Assembly (NCBI GenBank): GCA_963741955.1
Contig: CAVUKB010000007.1
Coordinates: 640,001-704,000 of the forward strand
DNA length: 64,000 bases
Direction of reading: 5' to 3'
Origin: an uncultured Acidobacteriota bacterium
Lineage (GTDB): Bacteria > Acidobacteriota > Thermoanaerobaculia > Gp7-AA8
In this document: piece after piece, positions 1-9,121 of the stretch
How the letters are laid out: every line of letters begins with the position of its first letter
How positions within the stretch are numbered: position 1 is the first letter of the stretch
Translations under genes and position numbers: made by a program
Notes under the pieces: generated by a model
The model's input: the letters and a program-made list of their open reading frames with translations, nothing else
The model's database searches: none
Told to the model about the DNA's origin: nothing

Positions 1-2
1 CG

Positions 3-251
3 CAGGATGCGGAACTCCGGATGTTCCGTGGGCGGTATCGCGTCGACCGGAAGGATTGTTCAGGCGCGCTGGAGGACTTCAAACAGGCGCAGAGCCTCGC
101 CCCGGGCAACCCGGTTGCGTATTCGTCGGCCGCCGTCGCGGCACTCTGCATGGGAGACCAGGCGGAGGCGGTGCGGAACTTCCGGCAGTCGCTGCAGCTC
201 GATCCGAACCAGCCGCGTGTCCGCGCGTTCCTTCAGCGGATGGGCGAGTAA
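3..251 (+). CDS. Tetratricopeptide repeat protein, C-terminal fragment (runs off the left edge)
   Basis: TPR-like helices ALEDFKQAQSLAPGNP and AVRNFRQSLQLDPNQP; frame is open to the window edge. Confidence 0.75.
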   Translation, partial: QDAELRMFRGRYRVDRKDCSGALEDFKQAQSLAPGNPVAYSSAAVAALCMGDQAEAVRNFRQSLQLDPNQPRVRAFLQRMGE

Positions 252-273
252 GGAGAGGCGAGGCGACTCTTCG

Positions 274-516
274 TTTGTGCTGAGGGGCGCCGCGGCACTT
301 CGGTAGCACGGAGCCGGATCGGGACGGTGAGACGTTGACTGGAGAGACGCGAGAAGTCTGCTCTGAGGCTGTTCGCTGTTTGTGCTGAGGGGCGCCGCGG
401 CTTCCGCCGCGGCGGGCACGGCGGAAGCCGTGCCGCTCCGGCAGGAGCGAACCGGGACGATGAGGCATGACCGGAGAGACGCGAGAAGTCTGCTCTGAGA
501 CTGTTCGCTGTTTGTG
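274..516. repeat. Intergenic repeat cluster with a REP-like double hairpin (389-436)
   Basis: TTTGTGCTGAGGGGCGCCGCGGC twice and GGAGAGACGCGAGAAGTCTGCTCTGAG-CTGTTCGCTGTTTGTG twice; hairpins CCGCGGC-TTCC-GCCGCGG and GGCACGGC-GGAA-GCCGTGCC recur at about 20194 and 20378. Confidence 0.8.
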
Positions 517-551
517 ACTCCGCGGCGCTGGCTACCCCGCCCGCGTCCCGA

Positions 552-2222
552 TCACAAGCGCACGTTCTCGTACGCGGTGCCGATCTCGTTGGAGACGTCG
601 TCCCGCAGCGTCACCACAAGGGTGAAGTTCCCCTTCGGGAGCGCGACTTTCATGGTGTACTTGAACGAGCCCTTCGCGGTCTGCTCCATGTTCTTCTCGA
701 GGATGCTGACGTCCTGGATCTGATGAGCGAAGCCGACGTTGTCCCCCTTCTCGTCGTAGATCGCGAGGTAGACGTGGACGCGTCCGACCTCCTGCGCGTC
801 CTTCGGGACGAAGGTGATGTCCGTGACCGGCATCGAGGCGGTGATCGGAACCAGACGCTTGTCGTGATTCCGTTCGGGCGTACCGAGCTTGATCTTGACG
901 TCGAGAGTCCCTTTCTCCTTGGCGAACGTGATCGGACTCCGCAGCGACTGTTCGAGCCGCTGTTCGTCGGAGAGATCGACGTAGCCCTCGCGATTCCTTA
1001 CGTTCAGGTGGGGCTGTTTCACCCGGACTTCGATCTTGTGGTATCTGCCGTCGCCCTGATGTGACGGAGAGTACGCCAGCGAATAGAAATTGGCCGACTC
1101 GTCGTCGATGGTGCGGATCGACTCGGAGACGCTGTTGCTCGGGAGGTACCGGCCGCCGGTGCCCTCCGCGAGGGTCAGACCTGCAGAATCCGGGTCGCTG
1201 ACGTCGGGAAACTTGTTGAACGTGTCGTCCCGAGGATTGCCGAGAATTCCGCCGGTGCCCGCGGATGCATTCGTCACGTCGTGCTGCGGGGCCACGTTCT
1301 GATGGCCGGCCGCATTGATGACGTAGATCGAGAAGTTCGCGGCGTTCGCCTCCTTGACCATCGCGTCGAACACTTCCTGCATCTCGCGTTTCATCTCGAT
1401 CATGTTGCGGTCGCCGCGGTCGTCGCTGTACTGGGCGAAATCGGTGTTCAGCTCGAGACCTCCGGTCACCAGGACCAGAATCTTCTTCCCCGAAGACGCC
1501 GAGTACGCGCGGCACGTTTCGATCACTGCCTTCGCGGAAGTCATGGTGGCCCGGAGGTTCCGCATGGTCTGTTCGCGCGACTGGAAACGGGCCGTGGCGC
1601 CGAAGTCGTACCCGCTGTTGAACGAGTTGCTGTCGAACTCCTGGCCGCGCAGCTCGTTACGCGCCGTATCGGAGAGGAGGCGCCGGTCGATCGCCCGCTG
1701 GCTGCCGAAGGTCGGGCTGTGACGCACTCTGGCGAGTGCCGCGTCGATCTCTCCACGGCGGTCGGTGAAGGGCTGGATCGTTCCGACCGTCGGCCCGACG
1801 TTGATCACCGCCCATTCGTACTTTTCGGAGAACTGGTTGTCGATGAAGTCCTTCACTCGCTCGATCGCGGCGTTGCGGGTCCGCGTGTCGAGAGAGTTGT
1901 TGTCGAACATGAGAATCGCTTTCCGGCGGAACTGATCCGCGACCTGGTCGGCGGAACTGCCGTCCGGGACGGAGACGATCCCGTGCTGGATCTTGTAGAA
2001 GCCGGTGATCTTCTGTGGCTTTCCGTCTTCGAGAATCTCGAAGTCGTCCGGCGTCAGGCTCATCACCGGACGCCCCTGACCGTCGGTGACGATCGCGTCG
2101 ACGTTGATGACGGAAACCTCCACCCGCTCGACCAGCGGCGGGACGTCCTGCGCCTTCTGGCCGAAGACGGGAGCCACCACCAGCGACAGTGCGAACGCGA
2201 ACAGCGAAGCCCCTGCTCTCAT
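552..2222 (-). CDS. Secreted VWA domain protein (acidobacterial VWFA-related family)
   Basis: Signal peptide; VINVDAIVTDGQGRPV..LTPDDFEILEDGKPQKI, LAEGTGG and YSLAYSP..DGRYHKIEVRVK motifs. Confidence 0.85.
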   Translation of the reverse strand: MRAGASLFAFALSLVVAPVFGQKAQDVPPLVERVEVSVINVDAIVTDGQGRPVMSLTPDDFEILEDGKPQKITGFYKIQHGIVSVPDGSSADQVADQFRRKAILMFDNNSLDTRTRNAAIERVKDFIDNQFSEKYEWAVINVGPTVGTIQPFTDRRGEIDAALARVRHSPTFGSQRAIDRRLLSDTARNELRGQEFDSNSFNSGYDFGATARFQSREQTMRNLRATMTSAKAVIETCRAYSASSGKKILVLVTGGLELNTDFAQYSDDRGDRNMIEMKREMQEVFDAMVKEANAANFSIYVINAAGHQNVAPQHDVTNASAGTGGILGNPRDDTFNKFPDVSDPDSAGLTLAEGTGGRYLPSNSVSESIRTIDDESANFYSLAYSPSHQGDGRYHKIEVRVKQPHLNVRNREGYVDLSDEQRLEQSLRSPITFAKEKGTLDVKIKLGTPERNHDKRLVPITASMPVTDITFVPKDAQEVGRVHVYLAIYDEKGDNVGFAHQIQDVSILEKNMEQTAKGSFKYTMKVALPKGNFTLVVTLRDDVSNEIGTAYENVRL

Positions 2223-2499
2223 ACGGGTCCCCCTGGGAACGATTTCAATGATCTTTTCAATCTACCGCAGGAGAACGCGAATTCCGAGCGCGAGAGAGAA
2301 TTGTTGCAGTTCGTTGATCGTTGAACCGGCCTGGAGCGCTGGTTCGCGGGGCGCGGGGCGGAGAACGGCGGTCGGCGACCTCGTCTCGCTCCCGCGAGAT
2401 CTCCTGAACCCCGGAAATACGGTCCCTCGCTCCGGCGTTGATCGCGCTGGTCAGCCCCCGGAATATCGGCCGGGGGGACGCCGTTGGCGTGTTCTCTCG

Positions 2500-2528
2500 T
2501 TGACTGCGCCTCATCCGTGTGTTACAAG
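2500..2528 (+). promoter_or_regulatory. Sigma70-type promoter of rplU
   Basis: TTGACT-17 bp-TACAAG with a TGn extension; GGAGG RBS at 2546-2550. Confidence 0.6.
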
Positions 2529-2557
2529 GCGTGGTTCCTTAATCTGGAGGTTTTCTC

Positions 2558-2869
2558 GTGTACGCAGTGATTCAGACAGGCGGTAAGCAATACCGGGTGA
2601 CGGAAGGTCAGACGCTCCGCGTCGAGCGCGATGTGCTCGCGGGTGCGGAAGGCTCCACCGTCCGCTTCGGTGCATTGATGATCGGTGGCGACACGGTGAA
2701 AATCGGCGCGCCCACGGTCGAGGGCGTATCGGTGAAGGCGACCATTCTGGGCGAGGAACGAAGCGACAAAGTGATCGTTTTCCGCAAGAAACGTCGCAAA
2801 CAGTACAAGAAGAAGAACGGCCACAGGCAGGATCTCGTCGCGGTCCGCATCGACGCGATCGAGAGCTGA
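2558..2869 (+). CDS. rplU: 50S ribosomal protein L21
   Basis: [14 protein letters not shown] and KKKNGHRQ motifs. Confidence 0.98.
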   Translation: MYAVIQTGGKQYRVTEGQTLRVERDVLAGAEGSTVRFGALMIGGDTVKIGAPTVEGVSVKATILGEERSDKVIVFRKKRRKQYKKKNGHRQDLVAVRIDAIES

Positions 2870-2925
2870 TCCGGTCACGGCCGGGAATTTCAGTCCCCAA
2901 CCGGGGAGGGTTCGAGGGTTTCTTC

Positions 2926-3189
2926 ATGGCTCACAAAAAAGGGCAGGGTTCTTCGAGGAACGGTCGCGACTCGCAGCCGAAAATGCTGGGAGTGAAGCGC
3001 TTTTCCGGACAGTTCGTCACCGGCGGATCGATTCTGGTCCGTCAGCGCGGGACGAAGTTCTATCCCGGCGCCAACGTCGGCATCGGCCGGGATCACACGC
3101 TGTTCGCGATGATCGACGGTATCGTCGAGTTCCACGACAAGGGCCGCAGGGGCCGCTTCATCAGCGTCACGCCCTCCAGTCAGCAGTAG
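2926..3189 (+). CDS. rpmA: 50S ribosomal protein L27
   Basis: [16 protein letters not shown] and [10 protein letters not shown] motifs. Confidence 0.98.
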   Translation: MAHKKGQGSSRNGRDSQPKMLGVKRFSGQFVTGGSILVRQRGTKFYPGANVGIGRDHTLFAMIDGIVEFHDKGRRGRFISVTPSSQQ

Positions 3190-3229
3190 CCCATCCGCTG
3201 AACTCTCCTCCGGAACGAAGCTCGCTCAG

Positions 3230-3510
3230 GAGTCTGCGCGATAGAATCTGTCCTACTGCGAAAACGGATCAGCGGTCCAAATCCGTCCGGATTTTCGGCG
3301 AGTAGCCACCGCTACGCACCTCAAATCCGAATGAATTTGGCCTCGCTGCTCCGATTTCTCGCTAGCCCGCATTTCTCACACCGTCTCGTCGCGAGGAGGC
3401 GGAGAGTGGCTGGGATGCAAGGCACAACGCAGCAGACAGGCCGCTATCCGGCTCCGCAGCAGAGATGGTGAGAGAAAGGCGGGCTACGGACATTTCTACC
3501 GCGCAAACTC
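3230..3510. mobile_element. MITE family A (IS1182-type ends), interrupted by a family B MITE
   Basis: Ends GAGTCTGCGCGATAGAA...TTCTACCGCGCAAACTC; 281 bp = 159-bp unit + 118-bp insert + 4-bp duplication. Confidence 0.9.
3366..3483. mobile_element. MITE family B (IS1380-type ends), internally deleted, nested in MITE A
   Basis: CCCGCATTTCTCACA...TGAGAGAAAGGCGGG flanked by CTAG/CTAC; reverse complement of 48775-48946 without the central hairpin. Confidence 0.85.
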
Positions 3511-3555
3511 CTGGGGCTTCGTTCCTTTCGTTTTTCTACGAGTCGGCGTCCATCC

Positions 3556-4566
3556 ATGTTCAAAGATGAAGTCGTGATCCGCGTCAAGGCCGGGGACGGC
3601 GGAAACGGTTGCGTCGCCTTCCGGAGAGAGAAGTTCGTCCCGAAGGGTGGCCCTTCCGGCGGCGATGGCGGCGCGGGCGGGTCGGTCTTCGTCCATGCCA
3701 GCGAGCGCCTCAACACCCTCTACCACCTCCAGTTCCAGCGTGAATGGAAGGGCGGCCGCGGCGAGCACGGCATGGGATCGAATTGCTCCGGTCACGCCGG
3801 GGACGACGTCATCATCGAGCTCCCGGTCGGCTCGGTCGTGAAGGACCGCGTGAGCGGCGAGGTGATCGCCGATCTGAACGAGCCGGACGAGAAGGTTCTC
3901 GTCGCGAAGGGAGGCCGGGGCGGGTTGGGAAACCAGCACTTCGCCACTGCCACCCGGCAGGCCCCGCGGTTCGCTCAGCCGGGAGAGCCCGGCGAAGAGC
4001 ATGAGCTCTACATCGAGCTGAAGCTCATCGCCGACGTCGGACTGGTCGGTCTTCCCAATGCAGGCAAATCGACCCTGATCTCCGTCATCAGTGCCGCCCG
4101 TCCGAAGATCGCCGATTATCCGTTCACCACACTCATCCCGAACCTCGGCGTGGTCAGCATCGACAGCGAGACGTTCGTGGTGGCCGACATCCCGGGTCTC
4201 ATCGAAGGTGCGCACGAGGGCCACGGCCTCGGCGACCGTTTTCTCCGCCACGTCGAGCGATGCGCGGTGCTGGTGCACCTGGTCGATCTTTCGCAGAGGG
4301 AAGATCCTGCGGAGGATGCAGAGGTCATCGCGAAAGAGCTCGGCCTCTACTCGGCCGTGCTCGCGTCCAAGCCGCGGATCATCGTCGGTTCGAAACGTGA
4401 TGCGGCCGTGGAAGGGGCGGGCGAGAATCTTCGCCGTTACGCCGAGCATCACGGTTTCCCCTATCATGAGATCTCGGCAGTCACGCGAAGCGGAATTCAG
4501 GAGCTGAACCGGAAACTGATGGCGCTGGTGAAAATGCAGAGAGCCGCGGCCCCAGAGGTGGAATGA
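3556..4566 (+). CDS. obgE: GTPase ObgE/CgtA
   Basis: AGDGGNGCVAFRREKFVPKGGPSGGDGG, GLPNAGKST, YPFTT and DIPG motifs. Confidence 0.98.
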   Translation: MFKDEVVIRVKAGDGGNGCVAFRREKFVPKGGPSGGDGGAGGSVFVHASERLNTLYHLQFQREWKGGRGEHGMGSNCSGHAGDDVIIELPVGSVVKDRVSGEVIADLNEPDEKVLVAKGGRGGLGNQHFATATRQAPRFAQPGEPGEEHELYIELKLIADVGLVGLPNAGKSTLISVISAARPKIADYPFTTLIPNLGVVSIDSETFVVADIPGLIEGAHEGHGLGDRFLRHVERCAVLVHLVDLSQREDPAEDAEVIAKELGLYSAVLASKPRIIVGSKRDAAVEGAGENLRRYAEHHGFPYHEISAVTRSGIQELNRKLMALVKMQRAAAPEVE

Positions 4567-5195
4567 GCGAACCGGCACGCATCGGCCTGCTGGGAGGGAC
4601 ATTCGACCCGTTTCATCGAGGGCATCTCGAGCCGGTTCAGGACGTGTGCGACGAGATGCAGTGGGATCTGGTCTTGTACGTCCCCGCGTACCGCCAGCCG
4701 TTCAAGAGCCAGCGTAGCAGCGAATCTCCGTTTCATCGATACGCCATGTGCGTGCTCGGTTGCGAAGACGATCCGCGCCTGAAAGTGACGACACTGGAGC
4801 TCGAACGGGGGGCTCTCTCGTACACCGTGGAGACCCTCGAGGAGCTGCGGAACCGCTATCGGAGTGCAGTTCTCGACTGGATCATCGGAGAGGATAGTCT
4901 CGACCAGCTGATGCAGTGGCGATCGATCGGCCGCATCTTCGAGCTGGCGAACTTCGTGGTCCTCCGGCGCGGTGGAGAGAGTGTTCCGGAGATGTTGAAG
5001 GGGCGGCTTCGCGAGGCCGCGACACGCGGACGCTCGGGGTCGCTCGTCGTCGCTGCGAATCGGCGGCTTCCGGTCTCCTCCACCGAGATTCGGGAGAGGC
5101 TCGGTCGCGGCGAGACGATCTCGGATCTGGTGCCGCCCCGCGTCGCGTCCTACATTCAGAAATACGGCTTGTACGAATCCGAGGTCACGATTTGA
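4563..5195 (+). CDS. nadD: Nicotinate-nucleotide adenylyltransferase
   Basis: GGTFDPFHRGH, SYTVETL and VSSTEIR motifs; conserved operon position. Confidence 0.95.
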   Translation: MSEPARIGLLGGTFDPFHRGHLEPVQDVCDEMQWDLVLYVPAYRQPFKSQRSSESPFHRYAMCVLGCEDDPRLKVTTLELERGALSYTVETLEELRNRYRSAVLDWIIGEDSLDQLMQWRSIGRIFELANFVVLRRGGESVPEMLKGRLREAATRGRSGSLVVAANRRLPVSSTEIRERLGRGETISDLVPPRVASYIQKYGLYESEVTI

Positions 5196-5566
5196 ACGAA
5201 CAGATCTCCGAAAGAGTTCGCCACGCGGTCGAAGCTGCACTCGACAGGAAGGCCTTCGATCTCGACGTCCTCGACGTGGAGAAGCTCACCTCGATCGCCG
5301 ACTGTTTCATCATCTGCTCCGGAAACTCAGAGCGCCAGACGCAGGCGATCGCCGACGCCGTCTCCGAAAAAGTTCGGGAGATCGACGGAGTGAAGCCTCT
5401 CATGGTCGAGGGCGTCTCTCCCGGACGCTGGATCCTGATCGACTACGGCGATTTCATCGTCCATATCTTCACCGACGATTGCCGGCGCTTCTACGGCCTC
5501 GAACGTCTCTGGGGTGATGCTCCCAACGTCACCGGCGAGTACACCGGAGGGGACGGAGCGCGCTGA
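5192..5566 (+). CDS. rsfS: Ribosome silencing factor RsfS (Iojap)
   Basis: IADCFIICSGNSERQ, WILIDYGDFIVHIF and YGLERLW; TTG start overlaps the nadD stop. Confidence 0.95.
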   Translation: MNEQISERVRHAVEAALDRKAFDLDVLDVEKLTSIADCFIICSGNSERQTQAIADAVSEKVREIDGVKPLMVEGVSPGRWILIDYGDFIVHIFTDDCRRFYGLERLWGDAPNVTGEYTGGDGAR

Positions 5567-6534
5567 TGTCGCGGCCGGCGACCCCGGGGAGACTCTTGCG
5601 GAAGCTCTTCCCGACGCGTTCTCCTGCTGTGCGCACTCTTCTCCGGACTGCGGAGAAGGTTCTCGCGCACGACGTGAATCTCCTGATCCTCGGTGAATCG
5701 GGCGTCGGTAAAGACCAGCTCGCCGAAGCGATCCACCTCTGCAGCCGTCGCAGGACGGGGCCGTTCATCCGCATCGAATGTGCGACGCTCCCGGTGGAGC
5801 TCTTCGAGAGCGAGCTGTTCGGTCACGAGAAGGGAGCCTTCACCGACGCGACCAGCGTGAAGATCGGACGGATCGAGCTCGCGAACGGGGGGACCGCGTA
5901 CATCGACGAGGTCGCTTCGCTTTCTCCCGAGCTCCAGGCCAAGCTCCTGAGGGTGATTCAGGAGAAGGTTTTCAGCAGGGTCGGAAGCAATCGTGAGATC
6001 CGCGCCGACGTCCGCTTCGTCGCGTCGTCGAACGCGCCGATGAACGAGCTCCTCTCGACCGGAAGCTTCCGCGAAGACCTCTACTACCGCCTCAACGTGG
6101 TCTCGCTGCTCATTCCGCCGCTCCGGGAACGTCCCGAGGACGTTCAGTATCTCTCCTCACTCTTTCTGCGGGATGCGAAGCGACGGTTCAGGAAGGACGT
6201 CACCGGTTTCGATCCGCGTGCAGCAGAGCTGCTCCTCGCGCATCGATGGCCGGGGAACGTGCGCGAGCTTCGGAACGCGATCGAGCGAGCCGTTCTGATC
6301 GAATCCGGCGCGACGATCCGGGTCGAGTCGCTCCCCTTGTTTCCTTCCAGCGGCGACGCGCTCGTCACCACCGCCGCTGCGGCGGCATGGAGCCTCGAAG
6401 AGCTGGAGGCGCAGTACATCCGAAAGATCCTTCAGCGAACCGATTTCAATTTCTCGCGAGCGGCATTCATTCTCGGAATCAACCGGAAGACCCTTCTGGA
6501 AAAGCGGAGGAAATATGGAATCACCTCGGAATGA
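5566..6534 (+). CDS. Sigma-54-dependent transcriptional activator (AAA+ plus Fis HTH, no N-terminal input domain)
   Basis: GESGVGKD, ESELFGHEKGAFTDA, FREDLYYRLNV, WPGNVREL and a C-terminal HTH. Confidence 0.92.
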   Translation: MSRPATPGRLLRKLFPTRSPAVRTLLRTAEKVLAHDVNLLILGESGVGKDQLAEAIHLCSRRRTGPFIRIECATLPVELFESELFGHEKGAFTDATSVKIGRIELANGGTAYIDEVASLSPELQAKLLRVIQEKVFSRVGSNREIRADVRFVASSNAPMNELLSTGSFREDLYYRLNVVSLLIPPLRERPEDVQYLSSLFLRDAKRRFRKDVTGFDPRAAELLLAHRWPGNVRELRNAIERAVLIESGATIRVESLPLFPSSGDALVTTAAAAAWSLEELEAQYIRKILQRTDFNFSRAAFILGINRKTLLEKRRKYGITSE

Positions 6535-6558
6535 CAGGCCTGCAGAGGGATTTTCCCG

Positions 6559-7029
6559 ATGAAATTTCGCCTGGTCTGGGTTGGTTCCATCGCTGATAAC
6601 GCGCTCCGCGGTCTCACTGAGCGCTACATGGAGCGGATCCGCCATTTCTTTCCGCTCGAGGTCATTGAGGTCCGTTCCGAAAGGAATAGACAAAAAAAGA
6701 GCGATGCGGCTATCATGCGCGCCGAATCGGCGAGTCTGATGGCGGTACTGCCGCCGCAGGGTGTGACCATTGTGGTCGACCCGCGGGGTCAGATGGTGGA
6801 CTCTTTGAAATTTTCGGAGTGGCTCGAACGGGTCACGACGACTAATCCCCACGGGGCGACATTCGTCATGGGTGGCGATGTCGGCATGGATGATGCGATT
6901 CGAGAACGTGCGGACAGAGTGCTTGCTCTCTCCGCGATGACCTTGCCGCACGAAATTGCCAGGCTGGTCCTGGTCGAACAGATTTATCGAGCATGCACGA
7001 TCATGCGGAACATCTCATATCACAAGTAA
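6559..7029 (+). CDS. rlmH: 23S rRNA pseudouridine-1915 methyltransferase
   Basis: FVMGGDVG and LSAMTLPHEIARLVLVEQIYRA...YHK. Confidence 0.95.
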   Translation: MKFRLVWVGSIADNALRGLTERYMERIRHFFPLEVIEVRSERNRQKKSDAAIMRAESASLMAVLPPQGVTIVVDPRGQMVDSLKFSEWLERVTTTNPHGATFVMGGDVGMDDAIRERADRVLALSAMTLPHEIARLVLVEQIYRACTIMRNISYHK

Positions 7030-7048
7030 GCAAGGAGAGCCGGGTCGA

Positions 7049-7417
7049 ATGCCAAAGACGAAAGCCAAGGCGAACCAATACGACGCTCTGCGCGATGCGC
7101 TGGTGAGCAAGCAGCAGGAACTGCTCGACTCCTTCGATCGCGACCGTGCCGCCGGAAACGAGCAGCAGGAAGACGGCACACAGGATCTCGCGGACAAGGC
7201 TGCCAGCACCTACTCCAAAGAGCTCAACTTCTCGCTCAGCGACAGTGAGCGTGAGATGCTCGTCCAGGTCGAAGAAGCACTGGACCGTTTCGACGACGGA
7301 ACGTTCGGAACCTGCACCAACTGCAGCGCCACGATCGGCGAGCGGCGTCTGACCGCCGTTCCGTGGACGCCGTTCTGTATCGATTGTCAGGAGCTTCAGG
7401 AAAAGGGGCTTCTCTGA
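7049..7417 (+). CDS. TraR/DksA family C4 zinc-finger protein
   Basis: DLADKA coiled-coil tip; CTNC...RLTAVPWTPFCIDC; AAGGAG RBS. Confidence 0.92.
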   Translation: MPKTKAKANQYDALRDALVSKQQELLDSFDRDRAAGNEQQEDGTQDLADKAASTYSKELNFSLSDSEREMLVQVEEALDRFDDGTFGTCTNCSATIGERRLTAVPWTPFCIDCQELQEKGLL

Positions 7418-7438
7418 TTCGCACTTTCCGAACGAGTG

Positions 7439-7478
7439 AAGCAAAAGGGCACGACGCGCGTCGTGCCCTTTTGCTTTT
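7439..7478 (+). terminator. Rho-independent terminator
   Basis: AAGCAAAAGGGCACGACG/CGTCGTGCCCTTTTGCTT inverted repeat followed by T residues. Confidence 0.85.
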
Positions 7479-7549
7479 GGACGACCAGAGCTAAACTTCC
7501 GCTTCCCCGCGCCGTCCGCCTCGCGTGACGTGCGTGACCTGGACAGATC

Positions 7550-8938
7550 ATGCCCACGACGCCAGCGAAGCTCCTAGCCTCGATCGAATCGGGATCGATC
7601 CCTCCGGTGATTCTCGTCGGTGGCGACAACGAGTACCTCTCCCACTCCGCCTGGAACGCGATCCGCGAGCGGATCGTCGCGTCGAATCCCGACGTGAGCA
7701 TCGAGCCCTATCCCGAAGGGAGCGATCTCGGGTCGATCGTCGATTCCTTCCGCACCATGTCCCTCTTCGGCGGACAGAGACTCCTCCTCGTCCCGGAAGT
7801 GAACGCCTTCGTCACCCGGAAAGAGTTGGATTCGCTGCTGCAGAAAGCCGTGGGCGACTGGACGAGCGCGAAGACCGAGCGAAAGCGAACATCCGCGGTC
7901 GCGAAACTTCTTCACGTGCTGGGGCTGGTCGGCGCGGATCTCGAGGAGAGTGACGACTCGATCGCCGAGGCACTCGCCATCTCCAGACGACCTCCGGCGC
8001 TGGGAGAGATGCTCAGCGCTGCGAGAAGCTCGGGAAAGAAGCCGTCGAGGGGGGAAGGGGATGCCGCGCTTCTCTCGGAAGCCGTCGCGCATGGAGGAGC
8101 CAACGGCACGATCCTGCTCATGCGTACCGGCGAGATCCCGCTCGATTCCGCGACCGTGGCCGCGATCGATCGCGCAGGGGCGGTGGTGGTCTGCAACCTG
8201 ACGCAGGAAGAGTTCCCGAAAGCGTTCGAAGAGGGAGTCAGAGAGATCGTTTCTGCGATGGAGGTCTCGATCGACGTCGCCGCGGTGAAGCTGCTCCAGC
8301 AGAAACTCGGAATCGAGCGCGTACTGACCGACAAGTTCTCGAAAGAGGTGCCGGATCTCAGGATGCCTCTCGCGGAGCTCGAGCGGCTGGCGACGTTCGT
8401 CGGTCGGGGCGGTCGGATCACAGCGCGGGTCGTCGACGAACAGATCGCATCCGTGGCCGGAGGCGCACGGTACGAGTTCGCGTCGTTGTACTCCGAGCGG
8501 AAGCCGGTCGAGGCGATCGCAAAACTGCGCGATCTGGTCGCCCAGTCACGCCGGGATGATCCGAACATGCCGGTCGACATGCATTTCGGGAAGTATCTTT
8601 TCGCGCTCGCGGAGGAAGTCCGGCAGCTGATCGGGGTGCGATCGTTCGTCCGGAAGAATGGAATCGATCCGAAACGCTCCATCCCGTACAACCGCTTCAA
8701 GGAGTCGCTCGCTCCCGCTCTCGGCGAGTTCCTGGTGCAGCACCGTCTCGCCCGGCAGCGGCTTCATCCGTTCGCCCTCTTCAGGAAGTTCGAAGCGGCA
8801 GCGGGATTTTCGGAGCAGCAGCTGCTCGAGACGCTCGAACAGATCGCGAAGATCGAGGTCGACCGGAAGTCGGGAGGCATCGGTGCAGAGCTCGGACTCG
8901 AATCGCTGGTGTTGAGCTCGGCGGCGCCGCGGAAATGA
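7550..8938 (+). CDS. holA: DNA polymerase III delta subunit-like protein (unusually long)
   Basis: PVILVGGDNEYL, TMSLFGGQRLLLV, ELERLATFVG and C-terminal IEVDRKSG..LESLVL. Confidence 0.65.
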   Translation: MPTTPAKLLASIESGSIPPVILVGGDNEYLSHSAWNAIRERIVASNPDVSIEPYPEGSDLGSIVDSFRTMSLFGGQRLLLVPEVNAFVTRKELDSLLQKAVGDWTSAKTERKRTSAVAKLLHVLGLVGADLEESDDSIAEALAISRRPPALGEMLSAARSSGKKPSRGEGDAALLSEAVAHGGANGTILLMRTGEIPLDSATVAAIDRAGAVVVCNLTQEEFPKAFEEGVREIVSAMEVSIDVAAVKLLQQKLGIERVLTDKFSKEVPDLRMPLAELERLATFVGRGGRITARVVDEQIASVAGGARYEFASLYSERKPVEAIAKLRDLVAQSRRDDPNMPVDMHFGKYLFALAEEVRQLIGVRSFVRKNGIDPKRSIPYNRFKESLAPALGEFLVQHRLARQRLHPFALFRKFEAAAGFSEQQLLETLEQIAKIEVDRKSGGIGAELGLESLVLSSAAPRK

Positions 8939-9047
8939 ATTTCGGATTTTGTGATCTGGATCACGTTCTGCGCGATGAGGTCGGGCCATATTGATGCCGG
9001 TTCGGTTGAACCACCCCGTGATCAGGACGGGGCTCAAGAATCGGGCA

Positions 9048-9078
9048 GTGAAAAAGGGGCGTAAAGCCCCTTTTTCAC
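9048..9078. terminator. Rho-independent terminator-like hairpin (possibly bidirectional)
   Basis: GTGAAAAAGGGGC-GTAAA-GCCCCTTTTTCAC perfect stem. Confidence 0.7.
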
Positions 9079-9121
9079 GTTTGGGCGGTCTTCCGAAACG
9101 GGGGCCCCCAGGAGGCTGAGA

